Below are positions 53,296 to 62,876 of a stretch of DNA of 64,000 nucleotides, one piece after another. The notes beneath the pieces are model-generated. The model searched no databases. It was not told the DNA's origin and saw only the letters and a program-made list of their open reading frames with translations. A program made the translations under genes and the position numbers. Source of the stretch: Bdellovibrionales bacterium (lineage in GTDB: Bacteria; Bdellovibrionota; Bdellovibrionia; Bdellovibrionales; Bdellovibrionaceae); the NCBI GenBank assembly GCA_031370005.1, contig JANMPT010000077.1, forward strand, positions 83,246 through 147,245, written 5' to 3'. How positions within the stretch are numbered: position 1 is the stretch's first letter; each line of letters begins with the position of its first letter.

Positions 53296-53512
53296 CCTAA
53301 GGAAATTCCCCTGAAATCTCCGCGTTTCGGAAAATATCAGCCCAATTTCCAGTATCCACTGGTATCCACACTTTCCCAAAACAGCCCAGATCAAGAACCA
53401 ACAAAACGGACCAAGCTGAAAACACTAACCTACTGAAATAAATAGATTAAGCGCGAAAATACGGGTCGTTTTTGTGACTTAGTTAAATCGTTAAAAATGC
53501 CTATGGGATGCT

Positions 53513-53560
53513 CTTTCACGGAGGATACAGGGGTTCGAATCCCCTTGGGAACGCCAAATT
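53513..53560 (+). repeat. attR-like duplication of the tRNA-Glu 3' half
   Basis: Identical to 48435-48482. Confidence 0.92.
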
Positions 53561-53620
53561 ACTCTTCGATCTTTTTCCACTTTGGCTCTTCTCACTTAAC
53601 AGTTTATCACGAAGCGCATT

Positions 53621-53715
53621 CTAGTAAAAACAAGCGTTTAGTGTTTTCAAACGATAGTTTACAAAGTTTCTAAAGCGTCTCGCCCCTCTCTGGAGGGCTT
53701 TTATACTGCTCCCAC
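53621..53715 (-). mobile_element. ISL3-family transposase C-terminal scar
   Basis: IKALQRGARRFRNFVNYRLKTL resembles the ISL3 IK..KR.AYGFRN..N.R.RI terminus. Confidence 0.5.
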
Positions 53716-53749
53716 ATAACTCGCTGACAGCGCCCTCCGAGGGTTTGTC

Positions 53750-53950
53750 AGCAAGATTACAGAATCCTGATATCGCTCGGTCGATCAGCGCAAGGTCTGC
53801 GGGGCGATCCATATTAATGGTGAGCGGCATCGACGATTCCAAAAACTGATCAACGCTGAAATAGAAATAAGGCTCGGGAAGCTGATTTAAAAGCGCCTTC
53901 GCTGTTGTCGTCTTTCCGGAGCTTGAAGTTCCATTTAACAATATGATCAT
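53750..53950 (-). pseudogene. Chloramphenicol phosphotransferase (CPT)-like kinase, N-terminal fragment
   Basis: MIILLNGTSSSGKTT.AKAL...L.EPY..FSVDQF; truncated after ~65 aa. Confidence 0.7.
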
Positions 53951-53966
53951 GAGAAGCAATACCTTT

Positions 53967-54227
53967 CTAATCCGTTTTGACCTTCAAAGCTCTTTCCACT
54001 TTCTCAAGTCTTTGTTCAAGACTCTCGTGTTTCATGACGGCTTCGCGCAAAAGATGGTTCATCAAAGTTTGATACTTTGCGCCTTCTTGATCCGCTTTAT
54101 CCTTCAACATCAAAATTAAATCTGCATCAAACCACGAGGTCACTTTTATCTTTGTTGTCTTCGGGTCGAATGGGTTCTCGGGAACTTCGACTTTCCCGTA
54201 TTTTATCTTACTTGCTTTGCGTTTCAT
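53967..54227 (-). CDS. BrnA/CopG-like antitoxin
   Basis: D.DL...LK.KA...G.KYQTLMN..LR; GGAGG RBS. Confidence 0.75.
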   Translation of the reverse strand: MKRKASKIKYGKVEVPENPFDPKTTKIKVTSWFDADLILMLKDKADQEGAKYQTLMNHLLREAVMKHESLEQRLEKVERALKVKTD

Positions 54228-54468
54228 ACCAATCCTCCAAAAGTCTCTTTTGATAAGGGCGTAAAGACTTAATGATTTCATTCACGGCTTTTTCGCTGAA
54301 TCCAAAACCGTCTAGAACTTCAAAATTATCGATGCGCACTTTTACTTCAGCCTCGGGCCGTTTTCCTGAACCTTTCCGCACAACAAGATGGGGATGCCCA
54401 TGATCTTTGTAGTAGAGGTAGGCCGTTAATCCAGAAAGTATGTTTAATAGATACTCAATCCGAGGCAT
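54208..54468 (-). CDS. DUF4160 family putative toxin
   Basis: MPRI...YLYYKDHGHPHL.V...LLEDW. Confidence 0.75.
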   Translation of the reverse strand: MPRIEYLLNILSGLTAYLYYKDHGHPHLVVRKGSGKRPEAEVKVRIDNFEVLDGFGFSEKAVNEIIKSLRPYQKRLLEDWYETQSK

Positions 54469-54827
54469 AGTTTACTATGCCATACTTTGTATGTATATGT
54501 CAATATTTTCATCGGATTCGTTAGGAGAGGCTACGGAGGCATAATTTCGGTAGAACAGGGAGAACTGTTCTACCTCCGGAGAACCGCCTCGGCGCTGCCC
54601 CTTTGCTCTCCACGGCGGCTATGGTCGTAACCATGGCAAATGTGAACCAGGTGGAAAAGATGTCAAGGTGGGGATTTGAAGATTTCTCGCAATAGAGTTT
54701 AGGACATCGCGCCAAGTATGACAAAACTCTTAAGCGATGGTTCACGCTTACCCGCCAATGCCGCACGACGCAGAAGCTCTGCTCGCTCTCAACGCAAAAT
54801 AGATCGCAAGTTTATCATCTAGCCCTG

Positions 54828-54858
54828 TTGACCTTGCCGTTACGTCAAGCCCCATGAT
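54828..54858 (+). promoter_or_regulatory. MerR-type promoter with 19-bp spacer and dyad operator
   Basis: TTGACC (54828-33), 19 bp, CATGAT (54853-58); dyad CTTGCCGT-t-ACGTCAAG (54833-49). Confidence 0.85.
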
Positions 54859-54883
54859 GAAATCAATGGGAAGGAATTCAAAG

Positions 54884-56419
54884 ATGCTCTCGATTGGAAA
54901 TTTCGCAAAATCAGCCAAAGTCTCTGCGCGCACCGTAAGGCATTACGAGTCTATCGGGCTTTTGCCAATATCCTCTCGTAGCGAAAACAATTATCGCCGC
55001 TACGACCAAAAATGGCTTGAACGGATGAACCGCATTCGAGATCTGCAAAGCTTGGGATTTAGTCTTGAAGACATCAAGATAATCATCAACTTTTCGGATT
55101 CTGAATTAAAGGTTCGTCTTGATGGGCGACTTTTGGAAATAGAACAGGAAATTGAAAACCTCGAAGAGCGCCGAGAGCGTGTGAAGAATCTCCTTTCCGT
55201 CTCAAATAAAATTGAAACAGGTGAAACTCTCACCGCATCGGAAAGGAATCTCTACATGGACAGTATAAGAGAAGAAGTCATGAGCGGCTTGCGCAGTCGC
55301 TACAATGAGGTCACGGATTTAGCGGTCGCTTATTTAAAGCGAGATACATGGCTCGATATTCACCCTCAAGTAGGAGAATTTATCGAGGCCGTTAAAAAAT
55401 GTATGGATTTTGCGAAAAGCAAAAAACTCACGTTAGGAACAGCACGAGGAAGTTCGCCAGCTAGCATGTCCTTTTTTGGACTCGGCTTCTCACTCGTTGA
55501 TCCCTTAAAATATGAAATGATTCCTGAGAGACTTTCAACTCAGGCTCCTTTCTTTCATATCGATGTCGAGTATGAACGCGGACAAGAATTCGTCGATTTT
55601 TGCCGTGAAATGAATAAGTCACTGACTTATGGAGAAATTCAGGCATTCAAAATGCCATTGATCGATGTCGTCCAAAATACCCACAGAGCTATTGGCAAAA
55701 TCATTAATTACGATGCGATTGAGGACGACTCGGAGACAGTTTTGAGTCCCTTCAAAAATGGCGATCTAGAAAAGATATTTCAGTTCGACTTTTCAGAAGA
55801 CGCTCTCGTTATGAATTACGAGCGATTTTTGCCTGAATACCGGGGGCTTAATAAAATTACCGAGTGCTTTAAAGGCCAGCGGGTTTTCAACTTCAGAGAC
55901 ATTATCAATATCACCGCACTTTGGCGTCCGCATTCGCAAGAAATTGTAGACAGAATTAATCTGTACCGCGAAGCCAAAGCGAAACCGTTTTCTTATGACT
56001 TTCTTTCAGAAAAAATCGAAGCTTGGTTGAAGCCAAATTATGGGGTCATCATTTATCATGAAGATATCTTAAAAATAGTATCCGAATATACGGGGTGGGA
56101 TTTTGCGAGAAGCAACTCCCTCCGACGAGCTTGCATGAATAAAAATAAAATCGCTCAACGTAATCAGGACGCGAACTGGATTGAGTTCCAAAAAATTGCG
56201 CCCAAGCAAGTTGTTGAACTCGTAGGTGAGGAAAGTAAGTGGGCCTTCTGCCTCCCCCATGCCATTGCTTTTGCCAAGTTTACGAAGCAAACGGCGGTTT
56301 TAAAGACTTTGCACAAAGAAGCTTACTTTGCGGAAATTCAAAACTTTGAACAAAAGCATGGGTTCAAATGGGATGACATCGGAATTCGCATTAATGGCGT
56401 TTCTCTGCATCAAGGATAG
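54884..56419 (+). CDS. MerR-family regulator fused to an inactive DnaE (Pol III alpha) palm/fingers-like domain
   Basis: MerR HTH (IGNFAK..KVSARTVRHYESIGLL...NNYRRY) plus coiled coil, then DnaE-like ARGSS, VDPLKY...ER, IFQF, ALWRP, YGVIIYHE, LRRA, AFC.PHA, QTA.LK motifs; AAGGA RBS. Confidence 0.85.
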   Translation: MLSIGNFAKSAKVSARTVRHYESIGLLPISSRSENNYRRYDQKWLERMNRIRDLQSLGFSLEDIKIIINFSDSELKVRLDGRLLEIEQEIENLEERRERVKNLLSVSNKIETGETLTASERNLYMDSIREEVMSGLRSRYNEVTDLAVAYLKRDTWLDIHPQVGEFIEAVKKCMDFAKSKKLTLGTARGSSPASMSFFGLGFSLVDPLKYEMIPERLSTQAPFFHIDVEYERGQEFVDFCREMNKSLTYGEIQAFKMPLIDVVQNTHRAIGKIINYDAIEDDSETVLSPFKNGDLEKIFQFDFSEDALVMNYERFLPEYRGLNKITECFKGQRVFNFRDIINITALWRPHSQEIVDRINLYREAKAKPFSYDFLSEKIEAWLKPNYGVIIYHEDILKIVSEYTGWDFARSNSLRRACMNKNKIAQRNQDANWIEFQKIAPKQVVELVGEESKWAFCLPHAIAFAKFTKQTAVLKTLHKEAYFAEIQNFEQKHGFKWDDIGIRINGVSLHQG

Positions 56420-56424
56420 ATACC

Positions 56425-56463
56425 TTTACACAATATACATAAATTCTATGTATATTGTGTAAA
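56425..56463. repeat. Perfect 17-bp inverted repeat
   Basis: TTTACACAATATACATA-aattc-TATGTATATTGTGTAAA. Confidence 0.85.
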
Positions 56464-56556
56464 CTTGGAAAAGCGGCGAATAAACCTTAATTTCACCAAA
56501 GGCTTCGAAACTTCTACTCGAAGCGCCTTCCAGAGTGTTTCATACCCAAAATTATA

Positions 56557-56593
56557 CCAATCTTACCCAGTTACTAGGTTTGGGTAAGATTGG
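56557..56593. repeat. Perfect 13-bp inverted repeat
   Basis: CCAATCTTACCCA-N11-TGGGTAAGATTGG. Confidence 0.8.
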
Positions 56594-56630
56594 CGGACAA
56601 ACTCTTTTAGCCTCGTCGCAGATGACCCAC

Positions 56631-57857
56631 TCATGGCACCGAACAAGAATCCTTTAGAATGTCGATAATACTATTAATATCACCCTCCTTTTTGCCATCT
56701 CTGAATTCGAGTTTTAAAATGCCAGAACTGATCTCCTTTGGACCGACAATTAATTTGGCAAAGGGCCGATACTTATGCGCAAACAAGACCCGCTTTGATA
56801 GAGAGCCTTGACTTTCGTCAACCTTGGCCCGAATCCCAGCTTTCATAAGCGCCTTATGAATTTTTCGACACTCGTCACTTTCTCGATCAGACAAAGGCAA
56901 CAGCATCACTTGAATTGGCGAAAGCCACCCGGGCAGTTGGCCGTCAAAATACTCCAATAGCAGAGCAACAAATCTCTCGTGACTGCCCAGGGGGGCTCGA
57001 TGAATGATCCACGGACGCACTTGTTCGCCAGATCTTGCCGAATAGGCGAGACCGAATCTCTCTGCTGACAAAAAATCAAGCTGAACACTGGCAATAGATT
57101 CCTCTTGGCCCGAACCCATTTTCATTTGCACATCAATTTTCGGTCCATAAAATGCGGCCTCTCCGACGTCCTCAAAAAATTCAAGTCCTCGCTCTAATAA
57201 TGCCTTTCTTAAAATAGATTCTGCCTCGATCCATTTGCAGTCCTCCCCTTGAAAGTCATTTGGCCTTGACGGGTCCCGAAGCGACAGACGATAGCGATAT
57301 CCCTTCAGGCCCAACTTTTTGTAACACTCTTCGTGCAAATCCAAGACACAGAGCACTTCTTTTAACGAGTCCCCTGGATCAACATAAATATGGGCGTCGT
57401 TTTGACAAAGCCCGCGCACACGACTTAGCCCACGAAGTGAGCCACTCGGCTCAAATCTGTAAACTTGGCCGTACTCAGCAATTCTTAACGGCAAATGACG
57501 GTAGCTTCTTGGCAGCGCAGAAAAAACCTTGTGATGATGGGGACAGTTCATCGGCTTCAGATAGAAACTTTTTTTGTCCTCATCTCCTTCTTTTTGCCAA
57601 TGAATCGGCGGATACATGTTTTCATTAAAACAACTTAAGTGACCCGACTTCTCGTAAAGGTCTTGACGCCCAAGATGTGGACTCACCACTCTCTGGTATC
57701 CCCCCTGACGCTCAAGTTCTTTAACAAAAATCTCTAACTGGTCACGAATGGCGACTCCATTTGGCAGCCACACCGGCAAGCCCGCGCCGATCTCCTCGTC
57801 AAAGAAACAAATCTCCATTTCATCGGCCAACTGCCGATGATCAAACTGATAAGACAT
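56631..57857 (-). CDS. thrS: Short threonyl-tRNA synthetase (catalytic + anticodon domains; no TGS/editing domains)
   Basis: Begins at DHR; KPMNCP, YRFEPSG.L.GL.RVR, NDAH, GEAAFYGPKID, IHRAPLGSHERF; GAAGGGA RBS. Confidence 0.9.
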   Translation of the reverse strand: MSYQFDHRQLADEMEICFFDEEIGAGLPVWLPNGVAIRDQLEIFVKELERQGGYQRVVSPHLGRQDLYEKSGHLSCFNENMYPPIHWQKEGDEDKKSFYLKPMNCPHHHKVFSALPRSYRHLPLRIAEYGQVYRFEPSGSLRGLSRVRGLCQNDAHIYVDPGDSLKEVLCVLDLHEECYKKLGLKGYRYRLSLRDPSRPNDFQGEDCKWIEAESILRKALLERGLEFFEDVGEAAFYGPKIDVQMKMGSGQEESIASVQLDFLSAERFGLAYSARSGEQVRPWIIHRAPLGSHERFVALLLEYFDGQLPGWLSPIQVMLLPLSDRESDECRKIHKALMKAGIRAKVDESQGSLSKRVLFAHKYRPFAKLIVGPKEISSGILKLEFRDGKKEGDINSIIDILKDSCSVP

Positions 57858-58008
57858 AAGAATTCCCTTCAGATGCAAATCCAAAAAAAGATTAAACGCA
57901 TCAATCAAAAATAAATTTCGCCAAAAAATAATATTTGTTGGTCCCGTGCTCGGGACAAAACGATCTATGGACCCCTATGGGGTGGTTTGAAAGGCGCTAG
58001 AATAAAAG

Positions 58009-58102
58009 AAAGGTAAATATCGGCACATGATTCCCTATTATCGACGTTTGGGCCTGAAACTCAAATCAAATAAATTTAGGTGACCCATAAGTTCTGCTAT
58101 GG
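58009..58102 (+). repeat. ~94-bp direct repeat, copy 2
   Basis: Matches 52127-52220. Confidence 0.9.
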
Positions 58103-58160
58103 CCTTTATTAGGGACACCTAGATGATGATCTACACCTTAATATGCCATATTAACGAATT

Positions 58161-58203
58161 ACGATCTCGTTCACTAGCACTAAAAGACACGGACTCCATC
58201 CTT
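58161..58203 (-). repeat. 43-bp remnant of the mnt/hepT junction
   Basis: Matches 52739-52781 with one mismatch. Confidence 0.85.
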
Positions 58204-58468
58204 ACCCTCAGAGTTCCACTGAACTCCTGGCCAGAGAGGAAATATCATGGTATGAAATGCTGAATGAGCGACTTACGCAAAATCCCTATCATCCAACAAG
58301 CCCTATTCTTCTAGCCCCTGGTTTTTAACCTGCTCTCGCGTCAAGACATCGAACGGAGAGTTAGCAAATAGATCCGCCTTATCCTTGGAAAGAAAAACGA
58401 GATCTCCAGTCTGATGAACACACGCAATCCATTTCTTAAAATCATCTCGTCCGGGCTTAATCTTCACT

Positions 58469-58858
58469 TCAAGAAACCCGCTTATCTGCCAAATCAAAAT
58501 CCACAAGAATTCGATCGTAGAGTGCCATCGGCTTCAACCGCTCGCGTCCTTGCACTAATTTTTTCTGCAGCTTAATGAGACCAAGGCTTTCAAGCACTCG
58601 GACTTCTTTTGAAACGTAACTCAAATCGCGATCGAAAAGTTTCGCAAGGTCATAGACTGACTCTGGATGTTCCTCGTGGATGAGGCGAAAGAGGTGCAGA
58701 CGATTTTCAGTCGCAACCGTAAGAAGTGCTTTTAGCGAAGACGATCTGATCTCATCTTTTTCAATATGGGGTTTGCCGGACTTTGCAGCCTTGAGCATTT
58801 GATCCATCGAACCTTTCACCGTCGCCTTTGGATCGTAACGAAATGTAAACGTTTTCAT
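58469..58858 (-). CDS. wHTH protein (HVO_A0114-like), putative antitoxin
   Basis: T.NRL.L...I....PESVYDLAK...RD...VSKEV..LE..GLI...L.P...YD. Confidence 0.7.
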   Translation of the reverse strand: MKTFTFRYDPKATVKGSMDQMLKAAKSGKPHIEKDEIRSSSLKALLTVATENRLHLFRLIHEEHPESVYDLAKLFDRDLSYVSKEVRVLESLGLIKLQKKLVQGRERLKPMALYDRILVDFDLADKRVS

Positions 58859-59134
58859 CTATACCTCCACACTTGCACCGAAGTGTTTCTTAATCGCGCC
58901 GGCAAAAAAGTCGCGAACGTCTTCTAGCGTTTCAGCTTCAACCGGCTCTTGCTGTCCACCATCATAATGCACATGAACTCCGAAAGGCTGATGGCAATCG
59001 ACGAGAACCCGCCGCATTGGATTTTCTATCTCAAAGAAAATCCAGCTGAAGCGAAATCGGTCGAGAAAGAGGCCCTTCGCCTTTCCTTTACCCACACCGA
59101 ACAAATCCATATGATTTAGTCTAGGTCGGTACAA
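58859..59134 (-). CDS. DUF6516/TumE-like putative toxin, 5' end possibly truncated
   Basis: RFSW...RVLVDCHQPFGVHVH motif; translationally adjacent to the wHTH gene. Confidence 0.55.
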   Translation of the reverse strand: MYRPRLNHMDLFGVGKGKAKGLFLDRFRFSWIFFEIENPMRRVLVDCHQPFGVHVHYDGGQQEPVEAETLEDVRDFFAGAIKKHFGASVEV

Positions 59135-59185
59135 AGTCGGGACTGCCCCCGTTATTGATGTAGACCCGTTAAAATAAATCCAGAT

Positions 59186-60139
59186 TTAACAAATTTTTAA
59201 AACATCCATCTCTTGGCACTTTTCCCTATGCAGTTCTGGGGGAAGATTTTTTAAAATAGCCTCTTTGATAGCCGCAGCCATTTTTCTTCGCCACTGGGTT
59301 CGTCGTCCAACAAGGCTGACCTCGCGACCCGGTGAAGGAATTTTAAAACCACGAACATGTGCTTGAACTTCGGCCTGAGACATTTGATGAATCATGAAGG
59401 CGGGCAAAAGCGTGTAGCCAGTCCCTTTCCTGATGAGTCGAAGCAAGGTATCTAAATTGCCACCTTGAAATTTTACTTTGGGCATTCGTCCCAATTCATT
59501 TGGCTCCAACGAGCAAATTTGAGCAATCTGGTCCTTAAAACAATGTCCATCTTGTAAAAGCCAGAGGTCTGATGCGTCTAGGTCTCTAACCAAGCAATTC
59601 TTGTTCTTCAGCAATTTATGTCCTTTGGATGCGTAGATATAAAAAGGTTCATAAAAGAGAGGTTCCTCTACGAGATGCCCCAACTCCAGAGGAGTCACCA
59701 TCAATGCGGCATCAAGGCGATCCTCTTCTAGCGCCTTTAAAATTGCGCCAGTTTTTAGTTCGTCAACAATAAGAGTAACTTGAGGATGTGATTTAGAAAA
59801 CTGGTGAAGGAAATGCGGTATCAGAGTGCTTGCTAGAGTTGGTATAACACCAAGCCGAAACTCACCGGCGATCTCATCAGACTTTTGATGTGCAATATCT
59901 TTAAGCTTCTTGTGTTCTTTCAGTATCAGCCTTGCTTGCTTTAGAAGAGCTTCGCCCTCCGCTGTCACTACGAGAGGTTTCTTGACACGATCAAAAATCA
60001 CGGTATCTAAAGTTTCTTCTACTTTTCTCACTTGCTGGCTCAAAGTAGGCTGAGAAATATGACAAGCCGCTGCCGCCTTGCCGAAATGTCTTAAATCAGC
60101 TACCGCAACAATATACTCCAACTGGACTAAACTTGGCAT
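59186..60139 (-). CDS. oxyR: H2O2-responsive LysR regulator OxyR
   Basis: LysR HTH, LLQDGHCFKDQIAQIC with C-X8-C redox pair, divergent from katG. Confidence 0.9.
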   Translation of the reverse strand: MPSLVQLEYIVAVADLRHFGKAAAACHISQPTLSQQVRKVEETLDTVIFDRVKKPLVVTAEGEALLKQARLILKEHKKLKDIAHQKSDEIAGEFRLGVIPTLASTLIPHFLHQFSKSHPQVTLIVDELKTGAILKALEEDRLDAALMVTPLELGHLVEEPLFYEPFYIYASKGHKLLKNKNCLVRDLDASDLWLLQDGHCFKDQIAQICSLEPNELGRMPKVKFQGGNLDTLLRLIRKGTGYTLLPAFMIHQMSQAEVQAHVRGFKIPSPGREVSLVGRRTQWRRKMAAAIKEAILKNLPPELHREKCQEMDVLKIC

Positions 60140-60158
60140 GCCGACTCCGCGTGTTTTA

Positions 60159-60194
60159 ATAGCTTTAAACTATACATTGATTGAAACTATCGAA
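60159..60194. promoter_or_regulatory. Putative OxyR binding site
   Basis: ATAG-N7-CTAT-N6-ATTG-N7-CGAA between oxyR and katG. Confidence 0.6.
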
Positions 60195-60257
60195 TATACA
60201 TTTCAATTACTTTTATGAAACATAGTGAGGAAGGTCAAATATTAATTGAAAGTTTAA

Positions 60258-62540
<2,283 letters not shown>

Positions 62541-62556
62541 TCTAACCTGTAATCGC

Positions 62557-62589
62557 CCTTGCCCACTTGATTTTGGGCAAGGCCTTTTG
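62557..62589 (+). terminator. Intrinsic terminator after katG
   Basis: CCTTGCCCA-N8-TGGGCAAGG followed by a T-run. Confidence 0.65.
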
Positions 62590-62876
62590 TTCGTATAAAA
62601 CTACTTTTCTAACAAACCTCTCAATATCCAGGCGATCTTTTCATGAATCTGCACCGGTTGGTCGACCGATAGGGCCTGCTGACTCCTGTAGTAGCACACA
62701 GCTAAGGCAAAACTTGTGCAACCTAACACTCAGCTCAGAAGTAATTGATGTCGTCGCGACATCCGACTTCCTTTTCTTATAGAAAGAAATTTTCTGTTTC
62801 GGCTATTGTCAGCATGAAAAAGGAACTTACCTCTGCATCACTTCCATGTGTTATTCGAATGTCCGAGGGCTATTAG

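Larger units (their letters stand above)
48435..53560. mobile_element. Degenerate genomic island integrated at tRNA-Glu (no integrase left)
   Basis: 48-bp direct repeat 48435-48482 / 53513-53560 covering the tRNA 3' half; TA-rich cargo. Confidence 0.85.

Noticed and set aside
53513..53560. Second tRNA-Glu gene
   Set aside because: Only the 3' half is present (no 5' acceptor strand or D-arm); it is an att duplication
54884..56419. Active error-prone polymerase DnaE2/ImuC
   Set aside because: Catalytic aspartate motifs, PHP, thumb and OB regions are missing, and there are no imuA/imuB neighbours
57860..58008. T-box or Thr leader-peptide attenuator upstream of the short thrS
   Set aside because: Small hairpins exist (GTCCCG-N4-CGGGAC), but no T-box consensus, Thr-rich leader or anticodon-mimic loop was seen
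51018..58203. CRISPR array or integron cassette array
   Set aside because: Repeats are 40-95 bp, irregularly spaced and partly coding remnants; no cas or intI gene and no attC-like GTTRRRY/RYYYAAC structure recognised
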